Source of the DNA: an uncultured Verrucomicrobiae bacterium
GTDB taxonomy: Bacteria; Verrucomicrobiota; Verrucomicrobiia; Opitutales; JABDGR01
Direction: 5' to 3'
Length of the DNA stretch: 64,000 nt
Assembly (NCBI GenBank): GCA_963765205.1
Contig: CAVXVB010000009.1
Coordinates: 1,280,001 to 1,344,000, forward strand
Below the pieces are notes generated by a model that made no database searches, had not been told where the DNA came from, and saw nothing but the letters and a program-made list of their open reading frames with translations. The first letter of the stretch is position 1; the number at the start of each line of letters is the position of its first letter. The position numbers and the translations under genes were made by a program. Shown piece by piece: positions 8,744 through 19,152 of this stretch.

Positions 8744-8781
8744 GCGGGTGGTGGGACAGAAGCAAGAGCGCCGGCTCATAG
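8744..8781 (+). pseudogene. Probable 5' half of a 13th tRNA (CAT anticodon, Ile2/Met) cut after the anticodon
   Basis: ...AGCAAGAGCGCCGGCTCATA is followed directly by the RAYT left repeat, with no T arm. Confidence 0.45.
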
Positions 8782-8782
8782 C

Positions 8783-9822
8783 AGGGGTCAGGCTGCACCT
8801 TATTACCTTGACAGAACCAACCTTCCCGCAAATTCTATCGATTATGCCGCGCAAACTACGCTTGGAATTCCCGGGAGCCGTTTACCACGTCATCAACCGG
8901 GGGAACTACCGCCACGACATTTTTGCCACCAGCGGGGCGCGGGCGGCTTTCATGAGTTGTGTCTGGGAGGCCTGCCAAAAATCGGGCTGGCGGCTGCACG
9001 CCTATGTGCTCATGCGCAACCATTACCACCTGGCGCTGGAAACCCCCAAAGGCAACCTGGTGGCGGGCATGCAATGGCTGCAGGCGACGTTTGCCAACCG
9101 CTTCAACCGGCTCCGCGGCGAGCGCGGGCATCTCTTTCAAGGACGCTACAAGGCTTTGCTGGTCGAACCCGGCGCGGCGCTGGGCCAGTTGTGCCACTAC
9201 ATCCACCTGAACCCCGTGCGCGCCAAAGTCGTGACCGTCGAGCGGTTGAGAAAATTCCGCGATTCCAGCTATTGGCAGCTTTGGCATCGGGCGGAACGTC
9301 CGCCTGCCCTGTGCGTGCAGACGGCGCTGCGGCAGGCGGGCGGCTTGGCCGACACCCCTGGCCGGGCATGCAGCCTACGAAAAATTTCTCGCCTGGCAGG
9401 CCGCGCACGGGCCGGTCGGGCGCAACCAGGCTTATGTGTCCCTGAGCCGGGGCTGGGTGCTGGGCAGCCCGACATTCAAGGAAAACCTGCTCAAGGAACA
9501 CTCCTTGGCCGCCGACACCCGCGCCTGGGAAACCAGCGGCAAAACCCACATCCGCCAGCGCGCATGGGACCCGCGCCCTGCGGGAGGGCTTGCACCGCTT
9601 GCGCCAGCCCGAAAAAAATCTCACCGCGGGCCACTTGGCGCAGCCGTGGAAGATTGCCTTGGCGCTGTTCTTGAAGCAAACCACCCAAGCCTCGAATCCC
9701 TGGCTCGCCCTTCATTTCGGCTCGCCCAGCCCCACCTACCTCAGCAAACTCATCTGCACCCACCGCCATGACCCCCAACTCCACCCCTTCCTCCAAAAAC
9801 TCAGGTAAAAAGGTGCAGCCTG
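8783..9822 (+). mobile_element. RAYT-type (Y1 HUH tyrosine transposase) element bounded by 20-bp inverted repeats; ORF 8844-~9808 has two frameshifts
   Basis: MPRKLRLEFPGAVYHVINRGN, HUH motif NHYHL, GHLFQGRYK, YIHLNPVRA. CAGGCTGCACCTTATTACCT (8789-8808) matches the reverse complement of 9803-9822 at 19/20. Confidence 0.85.
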
Positions 9823-9877
9823 GGCTTGCCCCTCTCTTCGGCCCCCAAACCGGTGGCGGCGCATTCAGCAGTCAAAC

Positions 9878-10497
9878 TTACTTCACCGCCACGCCGAGCG
9901 GCAGCACCGCCTTGCCGTAAACTTCATTCAGCACCTGGGCCAGGCCGACATACATCGCGGAGAGGCCGCACCCAATGCCTTCGTAGCCGGTGACGTGCTC
10001 GAAGCCTTCGCCCATGTCCGAAAACTTGCCGAGCGCGAGCATGATAAAGAGCACAGTCAGGGTGGCGAAGACAACTTGCAGGGCGCGGCTCAAGCGCAGG
10101 GTGCCGACGAAAAGAACCGCCGTGAACAACCCCCATATCGCCAGATAGAAGCCAAACGCGGGACCGGCAGGGCCCTCGACCAAGGCTGCCATGGTTCCCG
10201 GCGAGGTAGACCCAATTTTGGGGAGAAGAATCAAAGCCACGAGGGAAAGCCAGAACATGCCATAGGAAAGAAAAGCGGTGGTGGCAAACGTGTTGCCCTT
10301 CTTCCATTCCATGATGCCCGCGATGACCTGCGCGGTGCCGCCATAAAAAATTCCCATGGCGAGAATCATGCTGTTCATTTCGTAGTAGCCGGCATTGTGC
10401 AGGTTGAGCAGCACGGTGGTCATGCCAAAGGCGAGCAGGCCAGGGGAGCGGGGTTTGCGGTCGTGTCTTTGAGCTGGGTCGCGACGGGGTCGGGCAT
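9878..10497 (-). CDS. satP: Acetate/succinate transporter, GPR1/FUN34/YaaH (SatP) family; apparent 1-nt frameshift at ~10441
   Basis: [24 protein letters not shown] and [21 protein letters not shown] motifs. Confidence 0.88.
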
Positions 10498-10723
10498 GGG
10501 ATGAGGGAGTTTGGGGTTAGGCAGGGGGGAGGCGGGAGGATTAACTTTCCGCAGCAGGCAAGTCAAGAACAGGTCAGATGGGATGCTGTTGGGGCGGGTC
10601 AAAGGGAACGGCGGGGCGGTATTTGGCCGCCCGGAGCCAGCCCATAATACCCTTGACGAAATCCGCCCAAAGGAGCAGTTTTCACCTGTTCAGATTCAAC
10701 CCCACCCCAATCGGAGAACAGCC

Positions 10724-12136
10724 ATGTCCACGACCCGTCGCGATTTCCTCGCCACCACCGCCACCGCTGCCGGTTTTGTCGCCACCTCCCGCTTTGCGCT
10801 CGGCCAAGCCGCGCTGGCGGCGACGCCCGCCGCCAGTCCCACGACAGCAACCCCCGCCGCCTTCACTCCCAAGTCGGCGGCCACCGCCGACTTTCTTAAA
10901 TTGATCGGTCCGGATCAATCCGCCGAACTGGTCAAACGCCTGCAGAAAACCAATTTGGATATCAAAACCAAGGGGCTGAAAACCATTGACGGACGCTCCG
11001 GCGCCGGCGGGGATTTTCTAACCGGCTATCCCTACACGGAATTCTATGACTGGGATTTATACTTTGAAAATCTTTATAATGGTTACTACGGTGTTTACCC
11101 GTATTGCTACACCAACATGAAGGAGTTCCTGAGCCGCCAGCAGGCGGACGGCTACATCAACCGCTCCCTGCACAAGCAACGTGACCGCCAGCACTTCAAG
11201 CCCTTCCTCGCCCAACTCACCGTATTGGGCGCCCTCCAGAGCAACAACGACTATGCCTGGCTGAACACTTCGCCCACGACCGCGACCGTCCCCGCAAACG
11301 GCACCTATTACAACCGGCTCAAAAAATATATTGATAAGTGGTTCAGTTACGATGGCGACGGCAACGGACTGCCGACCTGGAACTCCTGCGATGCCGCGGG
11401 CAACGACAACCAATGGAGCCGCGGCGGCCAACTCGGCGCCTTTATTGACGAAGGCGTGGATTTGGCCAGCTACCTCGTGCGCGAAATGCGGGCCATGGCC
11501 ATCATCGCCGACCACCTCGGCCAGAAAGACGACAGCAAGGCCTACACCGCCCACGCGGACCAGGTGTGCAAACTCATCAACAACGTCTTCTGGGACGAAA
11601 AGGACGGCATTTATTACGACCGCAACGAAAAGACAAAGGAGATGATCCGTGTCAAATCCGTCACCTGCTTTATGCCGCTGTTCTGCGGCGCGGCGACGCC
11701 CGAGCGCGCGAAACGCACCATCAACGAGCGGCTGCTCAATGAAAAGGAATTCTGGCTCGCCTACCCCGTCGCCAGCTACGCGAAGACGGAGCCGGACTAC
11801 TATCAAGGCTCCCACAACGAATGCAACTGGCGCGGTTCCACCTGGGCGCCCACCAACTACATGATCTTCCAGGGCCTCATCCGTTACGGCTACAAGGATG
11901 TCGCCAAGGAACTGGCCGCGCGCCTGTTCAACATGGCACTCGTGAAAAACACCGGCTTGTGCGAATACTACAATGCGGAAGACGGTTCCGGCCTCGGCCA
12001 TACGCAATTCTGGGGCTTCACCTCCCTCTATTATGTCATGCTGCTCGAATGGCACTTGAACTACGATATTTCCGACCTCGAAAAACCCTTCCGCCCCATC
12101 ATCCCCGACGAACTGGGCGTAAAATTCGACGTTTAG
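10724..12136 (+). CDS. Tat-exported (alpha/alpha)6 glycoside hydrolase, GH63/MGH1/trehalase-like
   Basis: TRRDFL twin-arginine signal, FYDWD, GNDN, WRGSTW and EYYNAEDG motifs. Confidence 0.78.
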   Translation: MSTTRRDFLATTATAAGFVATSRFALGQAALAATPAASPTTATPAAFTPKSAATADFLKLIGPDQSAELVKRLQKTNLDIKTKGLKTIDGRSGAGGDFLTGYPYTEFYDWDLYFENLYNGYYGVYPYCYTNMKEFLSRQQADGYINRSLHKQRDRQHFKPFLAQLTVLGALQSNNDYAWLNTSPTTATVPANGTYYNRLKKYIDKWFSYDGDGNGLPTWNSCDAAGNDNQWSRGGQLGAFIDEGVDLASYLVREMRAMAIIADHLGQKDDSKAYTAHADQVCKLINNVFWDEKDGIYYDRNEKTKEMIRVKSVTCFMPLFCGAATPERAKRTINERLLNEKEFWLAYPVASYAKTEPDYYQGSHNECNWRGSTWAPTNYMIFQGLIRYGYKDVAKELAARLFNMALVKNTGLCEYYNAEDGSGLGHTQFWGFTSLYYVMLLEWHLNYDISDLEKPFRPIIPDELGVKFDV

Positions 12137-12182
12137 CATCCATTCTTGTCCTCGGGCGGCGTTTTGCGGTAGGGTGGGTCGC

Positions 12183-13304
12183 ATGGGCAACATTTTCGGC
12201 AAGCTTTTCACCATTGCCACCTGGGGCGAGAGCCACGGCGGCGGCGTTGGCGTCGTCGTGGACGGCTGCCCGCCCAACCTGCCGCTCGCGCCCTCCGACA
12301 TCCAGGCCGACCTCGACCGCCGCCGCCCCGGCCAGAGCGACTTGACCACCACGCGCAAGGAAGCCGACACGGTCACCATCATCTCCGGCGTTTACGAGGG
12401 TTGCACCCTCGGCACGCCGATTGCCCTGCTAGTCGCAAACACCGACGCGCGGCCCGAGGCCTATGCGGAAATGCGCGAGAAATTCCGCCCCTCGCACGCC
12501 GATTACACGTATTTGGTGAAATTCGGCCTGCGCAACCACGAAGGCGGCGGGCGCTCATCCGCCCGCGAGACCATCGGGCGCGTCGCGGCCGGGGCCATCG
12601 CGAAAAAAATTCTCGCGCTGGGCGGCGGAGTGGAAATTCGCGCCTACGTCGAACAGGTGCAAAACATCATCCAGCCCGGGGCCGCGAAGCTAACCGCGGG
12701 CGAAGCCGTGCCCTTCCCCACCCTCGCGCAGGTCGAAGCAAACGCCGTGCGCTGCCCGGATGCAAAGACCGCGGAGAAGATGATTAAGCTTATTAAGACG
12801 ATGCGCGCGCAGGGCGATTCCGTCGGCGGCGTGATTGTGGGCCGCGTGCGCGGCCTGCCGCCGGGCCTGGGCGAACCAGTATTCGACCGTCTCGAGGCGG
12901 ATTTGGCGAAGGCCATGCTTTCGCTGCCGGCGACGAAGGGCTTTGAAATCGGCAGCGGCTTCGCCGGCACCAAACTGACCGGCTCGCAGCACAACGACGC
13001 CTTCGTGTCGAGCGGCGGCAAAGTGCGCACGCTCACGAACCGTTCCGGCGGCGTGCAAGGCGGCATCAGCAATGGCGAGGAACTTTTCTTCCGCGTCGCC
13101 TTCAAGCCCACCGCCACGATTTTGCAAAAACAAAAAACCGTGGACACGAAAGGCCACGCAACGGAACTCATGGGCCGCGGCCGCCACGACCCGTGCGTCC
13201 TCCCCCGCGCCGTCCCCATCGTCGAAGCCATGACCGCCCTCGTCCTCGTGGACCATTGGCTCCGGCAGCATGCGCAGAATGGGGTGTTTGAGTTTGAAAA
13301 GTAA
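12183..13304 (+). CDS. aroC: Chorismate synthase
   Basis: [28 protein letters not shown] and GRHDPCV motifs. Confidence 0.97.
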   Translation: MGNIFGKLFTIATWGESHGGGVGVVVDGCPPNLPLAPSDIQADLDRRRPGQSDLTTTRKEADTVTIISGVYEGCTLGTPIALLVANTDARPEAYAEMREKFRPSHADYTYLVKFGLRNHEGGGRSSARETIGRVAAGAIAKKILALGGGVEIRAYVEQVQNIIQPGAAKLTAGEAVPFPTLAQVEANAVRCPDAKTAEKMIKLIKTMRAQGDSVGGVIVGRVRGLPPGLGEPVFDRLEADLAKAMLSLPATKGFEIGSGFAGTKLTGSQHNDAFVSSGGKVRTLTNRSGGVQGGISNGEELFFRVAFKPTATILQKQKTVDTKGHATELMGRGRHDPCVLPRAVPIVEAMTALVLVDHWLRQHAQNGVFEFEK

Positions 13305-13316
13305 AAGGCCGCTACC

Positions 13317-13450
13317 ATGATACCTAACGTATTTTTAAGTTCGACAATTCGCGACCTGCATCACTTAAGGGATGCTGTTCGTGAAGTCATTTCAGACCTT
13401 GGCTACTACCCAGTTATGAGTGAATATGGTGAAGTCAGTTATCTTTTCAT
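13317..13450 (+). pseudogene. N-terminal fragment of a DUF4062-like protein
   Basis: AT-rich VFLSSTIRDLHHLRDAVREVISDLGYYPVMSE, which runs into the convergent ABC-F stop. Confidence 0.62.
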
Positions 13451-13455
13451 ACCGA

Positions 13456-15333
13456 CTACCCCGCCTTCTCCAGCTCCGCCAGCGTGCCGGCGGCTTTTTC
13501 CCAGGCGGCGGTGGCGGTTTGCAGCTGGTCCACGACGTGACTGAGTTCGCGGTTGAGGTGCTGGGGCTGGCCGGGCTGGGTGTAGGTCTCGGGGGCTTCG
13601 AGCGCGGTGGTGAGTTCGCTTTGCTGCGCCTCGAGTTTGGCCACGGCTTCCTCCAAATGCCCGACTTCGATGCGGAGTTGCCGGAGTTTGGCCTTCTGCG
13701 CGCGTTCCTCGTCTTTGTTGCGGGCGGTGGGCGCCGCGGGCCGGGCGACCGAGGGGGCTTGCACGGGGCGGGCGTCCTGAAAACCGGCAGTAAGCGCGGC
13801 GCGTTCGTTGGTGGCGCGGGATTTTTCCAGGTAATAATCGTAGTCGCCGGCGTAGGGCGTGAGGCGGCCGGAGTGGACGTGCAGCACCGTCTTGGCCAGC
13901 GCGCGGATGAAATACACGTCGTGGCTGATGAAGATGAACGTGCCTTCGTAGCCTTGCAGCGCGGTCACCAGCGCGTCAATCGAGGCGATGTCGAGGTGCG
14001 TCGTCGGCTCGTCCATCAGCAGCAGGTTGGGCGGGTTGACGAGCAGGCGCGCGAGGGCGAGGCGGGATTTTTCCCCGCCGGAGAGGACGGAGACTTTTTT
14101 GTAAACGTCGTCCTTGCGGAAGAGGAACGCGCCGAGAATCGCGCGCACGCTTTGCTCCGACAGCGGGTTCTCCGAGCTATGCAGCTCCATCACATTTTCC
14201 AATACGGTGGCGTTGGCGCGGAGGTTTTCCGCGCGATTCTGCGCGAAGTAGCCGGAGACGACGTTGCTGCCCAGCTCGAGCGTGCCGCCCTGGATGGGCA
14301 CGACGCCGGCGAGGATTTTCAGGAATGTGGATTTGCCCGCGCCGTTGGGGCCGACGAGCACCATGCGCTGGCCGCGCTCGGCGGCGAAGTTGAGGTCGCG
14401 GTAAACAACGTGGTCGCCATAGGCCTGCCGCACATGTTCGAGGGTGACGACCTTGAGGCCGGAGCGCGGAGTCTTCGAGAATTTGAAATAGATGCGCTTG
14501 AGGTCGTCCTCCGGCTCGTCCACCGCGACTTTTTCGAGGCGCTCGATTTGCTTTTCCTTGGATTTGGCGCGCGAGGCCATCGAGGCCTTGGCGCCGAAGC
14601 GGTCCACGAATTTTTGCAAATGGGCGATTTGGCGCTGCTGGTTTTTGAAAGCGGAGGCCTGCTGGTTCTTGCGCGCCTCCTTTTCGACCAGGTAATCGTC
14701 GTAATTGCCGGTATAACGGTTCAGCGCACCCCCGCGCAGTTCGAGAATGCCAGTGCAGAGCGTATTGAGAAACGTGCGGTCGTGCGAGATGACGACGAGG
14801 CCGCCGGCATAAGTGCGCAGGTAGTCCTGAAACCAGAGCAACGCTTCAAGATCCAAATGGTTGGTCGGCTCGTCGAGCAGAAGCAGGGCCGGTTCGCTCA
14901 CGAGCAGGCGGGCGATGTGCGCGCGCATGACCCAGCCTCCGGAAAAGGACTTGGCCTGGCGCAGGTGGTCTTCCTCGCGGAAGCCGAGGCCGGCCAGGAT
15001 TTTCTTGGCGCGCGGTTCGAGGGTGTAATCAATGTCGAAGTCCTCGTCGGAATCGGGGAGCAGTTTTTTCCCGCTGGTGGCGATTTCGAGGATGGTTTCC
15101 TCGCCGATGGGGGCGCTCTCCTGCGGCAGGTAGCCGAAATCGGCGCCGCGCTCCCACTCGATGGAACCCTCGTCCGGGGCGTCCAGGCCCAGGATCAGGT
15201 TGAAGAGCGTGGTCTTGCCCGCGCCGTTGGGGCCGACCAGGCCGTAGCGGTCGGAACGTGCAATAAAGAGCGACACCTCGCTGAAGAGTGAGCGGGTGGC
15301 GTAAGATTTGGAGACATCGGCAAGCGTGAGCAT
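13456..15333 (-). CDS. ABC-F family ATPase (ribosome-associated, YheS/Uup-like)
   Basis: Two ABC domains (GPNGAGKT, FSGGW, LDEPTNHLD; GPNGAGKS, LSGGEK), PtIM-like linker, C-terminal coiled coil, no TM segments. Confidence 0.94.
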   Translation of the reverse strand: MLTLADVSKSYATRSLFSEVSLFIARSDRYGLVGPNGAGKTTLFNLILGLDAPDEGSIEWERGADFGYLPQESAPIGEETILEIATSGKKLLPDSDEDFDIDYTLEPRAKKILAGLGFREEDHLRQAKSFSGGWVMRAHIARLLVSEPALLLLDEPTNHLDLEALLWFQDYLRTYAGGLVVISHDRTFLNTLCTGILELRGGALNRYTGNYDDYLVEKEARKNQQASAFKNQQRQIAHLQKFVDRFGAKASMASRAKSKEKQIERLEKVAVDEPEDDLKRIYFKFSKTPRSGLKVVTLEHVRQAYGDHVVYRDLNFAAERGQRMVLVGPNGAGKSTFLKILAGVVPIQGGTLELGSNVVSGYFAQNRAENLRANATVLENVMELHSSENPLSEQSVRAILGAFLFRKDDVYKKVSVLSGGEKSRLALARLLVNPPNLLLMDEPTTHLDIASIDALVTALQGYEGTFIFISHDVYFIRALAKTVLHVHSGRLTPYAGDYDYYLEKSRATNERAALTAGFQDARPVQAPSVARPAAPTARNKDEERAQKAKLRQLRIEVGHLEEAVAKLEAQQSELTTALEAPETYTQPGQPQHLNRELSHVVDQLQTATAAWEKAAGTLAELEKAG

Positions 15334-15445
15334 CGTGAAGAGAACCGACTATCTGGACACAAAACGCCGCCGAGGTCAACGTTACAACGCTCGACGGTAG
15401 TGTCCGGTTTTGAGCAATGACTTTTTACAAATGGCGTTTCGGCCA

Positions 15446-15739
15446 TTACTTTTTCGCCTCGGACATGACGTAAGCTCGCACGGCAGTAAGCGGCGAGATG
15501 ACAGGCGGCAAATCTAGCACGGCAATCGTGTTGCTGCCCGTCTTGCCATCGTAGGCCCAAGCGTAGCACTTCTTGGCCTTGGGGTGGCCTATCAGGTCAA
15601 AGACTTCTACGTCACCTTCCCAGACTGTGCGCCCTTTGAACATCTCGCGCACAGCAACCGTCTCGACATGGCGAGAATCGGAGCCGTGGACAGCCTTAAT
15701 GGCCTTCTGCAAGTGCGCTAGATATTGCTCGCGCGTCAT
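15446..15739 (-). CDS. Small hypothetical protein downstream of the IS1-like transposase fragment
   Basis: MTREQYLAHLQKAIKAVHG...VWEGDVEVFDLIGHPKAKKCYAW. The start overlaps the upstream stop. Confidence 0.7.
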   Translation of the reverse strand: MTREQYLAHLQKAIKAVHGSDSRHVETVAVREMFKGRTVWEGDVEVFDLIGHPKAKKCYAWAYDGKTGSNTIAVLDLPPVISPLTAVRAYVMSEAKK

Positions 15740-16030
15740 TGCTGGTAGGAGAAGAAAACGAGGTCTTGAACGGTTAGGGGCGAGCGTTCGACACCCGCCG
15801 CCATCGCCGGGGTGCAACGGATAGTGGAGTGAAACTTCACAAGGTTGTAATACGCGAAATGCAGCGCCACCGCAGCCTTAAAATTTTCCAGCTTTTTAGA
15901 GAACGCATTGGTGAGCCGGGAGAATCGGCGGCAGTGCATCCGCACAGTGTGGTTTTGCTTTTCAACGTAGGAGGTGGAGATTTTGCTTTCATCGGGCGCG
16001 CCGACGATCACGGTTTTCTCCGTGCTGATA
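15736..16030 (-). pseudogene. IS1-family-like transposase, C-terminal fragment
   Basis: ISTSYVEKQNHTVRMHCRRFSRLTNAFSKKLENFKAAVALHFAYYN...TPAMAAGV. Confidence 0.78.
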
Positions 16031-17291
16031 CCTGCACAAACTACGTCAAAGACCGTCATGTTTTGGCGGCAGCGATCAAATGCAAAGCTGAAATTATAGT
16101 GACATCCAATCTGCGCGACTTTCTTCCTACCGACTTACAACCGCTTGGGATTCGTGCCGTGCATCCTTCGCATTTTCTAATTGATTTATATGAGTTGGAT
16201 GCCGGGAATGTGGTCGCCAGACTTGGGGTAATAGCCAGTGAACGGAAAAAAGCCCCCCAGCAAATCCTCTCGAACTAAGAGCTTATCCGTAAATAAAAGT
16301 TGTTCGTCTGTAAACAATAAGCGCGCTGGCGAGACAGAGCAAGGCTTCGTGGGAGGCGGCGGTTTTCTCAAACCGCACGAGGAGTTTGCGGTAGCGGTTG
16401 AGCCAGGAAGCGGTGCGTTCCACCACCCAGCGACGGGCTTGGCCGGTGGATCGGCGCGGGGCTGGTTTGGCTCCGCGGGCAGGCACATGCGGACGGTAGC
16501 CGTATTGGCGCATGGTGCGCAGGCCCGGTTTCCCCCAGTAACCCTTGTCGGCACACAAATGGGCCGTGCGCCGGTCGTGGCGCTGGCGCAACGTGCGGCG
16601 CACCAGCGTCACGTCGTGTTCATTGGCCCCGGCGACGATGAGCGACAGCGGGACGCCACGGGCGTCCACCAGCACGCTGCGCTTGCTCCCATTTTTTTCC
16701 CCGGTCGGTGGGGTTGGCTCCCACCGCTTCGCGCGCCAGAGGGGCCTTGACCAGGGAGCCATCGATGCTTTGCCACCGCCACGCGATGCCCTCCAATTCA
16801 TCGTAGTCGGCCAGACCGGCCCGCCACAACGCCTCGAAGAATCCGGCGGCGTGCCACTGCTGAAAGTATTTGTGCACGGAACTGGCGCTGCCATACCGGG
16901 CCTTGGACAGCGCTTTCCACTGGCAACCCGTGCGCAGCACGTAAACCACCGCCTCGAAGATGCGTCGAGGCGCGAGGGCCTTGCGGCCCGCGCCTGCGGC
17001 GCGACGGTAGCGCCCGCCCGCCTTCCGGCCGGCGCGCGCGGGAACCAAAGGCTCGACTTTGGCCCAGAATTCATCAGAGATTTCCCAGGAGGATAGTCGC
17101 GGCATCCCCGCAGTTTATCCCGCCGCCTTCTCAACGCAATCCTTATTTACGGATAAGCTCTAAGGAAAACAGTCCCGGAATTTTCGGTATTTGTTGCTCG
17201 GGAATTAGGATGGGAACTTCCGCCCGCACAGAGTAACGTCAAAAAAACAGTCAATAGCCAGCCTGTGACATCAACCGCCTCTTACACTGAG
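16030..17291 (+). pseudogene. PIN-domain protein, 5'-truncated and interrupted by IS5
   Basis: KDRHVLAAAIKCKAEIIVTSNLRDF...HPSHFL before the IS. A plausible tail LRKTVPEFSVFVAREL follows 17160. Confidence 0.72.
16279..17160 (-). mobile_element. Complete IS5-family element (two-ORF type): orfA 17105-16620, orfB to 16283
   Basis: Perfect 18-bp TIRs GAGCTTATCCGTAAATAA, TAA target duplication (16276-78, 17161-63), GGGGAAAAAAA slippery site, motifs LRTGCQW, IDGS, ADKGY and RWVVERT. Confidence 0.93.
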
Positions 17292-17484
17292 CCAAGTGGT
17301 CAAATAAAGCACTCTTAGAGCGAGCGAGACGGTTCATTTGTAAAAAAGGCCCACCTCAAAACCGGACACTACCCGCTCGACGCCGCAAGATTGCACCGGG
17401 CGAAATAATCTCCACAATGCCGGAGCCTCCCCGCGCGGCTGGTTTGTTTGCAGCCAACCCGCCGGCGCGGTACTTTTTACCACC

Positions 17485-18990
17485 ATGGCCCTGCCGGGAC
17501 TAAAAACACTGCGAAGAATGTTTGGGTTGGACTGGCGCTCGCTGGCGCTCATGCGCATCGGCCTGGCCTTCGTCATCCTGTGCGACCTGTGGGTGAGCGC
17601 CCAAAGCCTGCGGGCTTTTTACAGCGACGACGGCGTGCTGCCGCGCCAGATGGTGCGGGATAATTTTGGGCCGAGTTTCTCCGTGCATATGCTGGGCGGG
17701 AGCGCGGGCTTCGAGGCCGCGCTGTTCGCGCTGGAAGCCGTCTTTGGAGTGATGATGCTGGTGGGCTACCACACGCGCCTGGCGACTGTCTGCTGCTGGT
17801 TCCTGCTGCTCTCGCGTCAAGCGCGCGACCCGCTGGCGTTGTTTGGCGCGGACATGATTGAACACAACGCCATGTTCTGGGCGATGTTTCTGCCGTTAAA
17901 CCGCCGTTTTTCCGTGGACGTTGCGCAAGGGCGCGTAACGCGGCCCGCCGAGCCGGCCTACTTCGGCATGGCGGGCGTCGGTGCCATCGCGCAGTTTTTG
18001 GTCATCTATATGATGAGTTCCGTCTTGAAGACCGGGGCAAATTGGGTGGACCACAGCGCGGTTTCGTTGGCGCTTTCCCTTGACATGTATGCCCGCCCGT
18101 TGGGCCAGTGGCTCAATCAATTCGACGGGCTAACCGCATTCCTGACGGTTTACACGGTCTATCTCGAATTTTACGGTCCCTTGTTGTGCCTTTGCCCGGT
18201 GGCGACGGGATGGGCACGGCTCCTGGCCTGCGCGCTGCTCTGCACGCTGCAATTGGGTTTTGGAATTTGCATGCAAATGGGCTTGTTCTGGGTCGCGATG
18301 AATGTCTTCACGCTCATGCTGCTCCCCGCGGAATTTTGGACGTGGATCGCCCGTCCCGCATGGGAGTTGGGCGCTAAACTTCTGAAAACATCCCCACCGC
18401 GAACGCCGGACGCGTTGCTTTCTCCACCCACGCCGTCTGCGCCGCCCCCTTCCTGGAAACGCGACGCCGCGCGCGGCCTGTGCCTGGCGCGGGATAACGC
18501 GCTGGCGGTGATCATCATCTTCATGATCTTGGACAACCTTAACTATCGCCCAGACAATATGCTGTGGGAACCCTCCGGCTGGCGGACCTTCGCCGCCCAA
18601 GTCGGCCTCGATGGCGGCTACACCATGTTTACGCCGAACCCGCAAACCGACGACGGCTGGTTTGTCCTCGCCGCCCAGTTGTCCAACGGGCGGAGCGTGA
18701 ACCTGCTCAACGGCGCCTCGCCCGCCGTGTTGGACAAACCGGCGGACGTGCCCGCGACTTATATGGACCAGCGCTGGGGCAGTTACTTCTTCAACTTCTT
18801 GTATTCGGACTACGAAAAATACCTCGAAGGCCTGGCGCTTTACGAGGAAAGGCAATGGGATGCGACCCACTCCGGCGGCGAACGATTGCAAAGTTTGCAA
18901 ATTATTTTCATGCACCAAGTCAACGGCCCGCATCACGCCAAGACGGACCCAGCCGCAGTCACCCTGTGGACGGAAAATTTTGGATCCTAG
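17485..18990 (+). CDS. HTTM-domain membrane protein
   Basis: DWRSLALMRIGLA...FYSDDGVLPR, many TM helices, MFTPNP and QRW motifs. Confidence 0.78.
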   Translation: MALPGLKTLRRMFGLDWRSLALMRIGLAFVILCDLWVSAQSLRAFYSDDGVLPRQMVRDNFGPSFSVHMLGGSAGFEAALFALEAVFGVMMLVGYHTRLATVCCWFLLLSRQARDPLALFGADMIEHNAMFWAMFLPLNRRFSVDVAQGRVTRPAEPAYFGMAGVGAIAQFLVIYMMSSVLKTGANWVDHSAVSLALSLDMYARPLGQWLNQFDGLTAFLTVYTVYLEFYGPLLCLCPVATGWARLLACALLCTLQLGFGICMQMGLFWVAMNVFTLMLLPAEFWTWIARPAWELGAKLLKTSPPRTPDALLSPPTPSAPPPSWKRDAARGLCLARDNALAVIIIFMILDNLNYRPDNMLWEPSGWRTFAAQVGLDGGYTMFTPNPQTDDGWFVLAAQLSNGRSVNLLNGASPAVLDKPADVPATYMDQRWGSYFFNFLYSDYEKYLEGLALYEERQWDATHSGGERLQSLQIIFMHQVNGPHHAKTDPAAVTLWTENFGS

Positions 18991-19152
18991 CCGGGTAACG
19001 CGGCGCCCAAGCGGCCCACCCTTTTAAGTCAAAACCGGACATTACATTGTGTTTAACCACGGAGCACGGAAGGCACCGTGGAAAATAATTTCAAATTGAA
19101 GCCCTCCCTATTCTCGGAGTCCTCGATGGTTCAATTTTCTTTCGTTGAGTGA

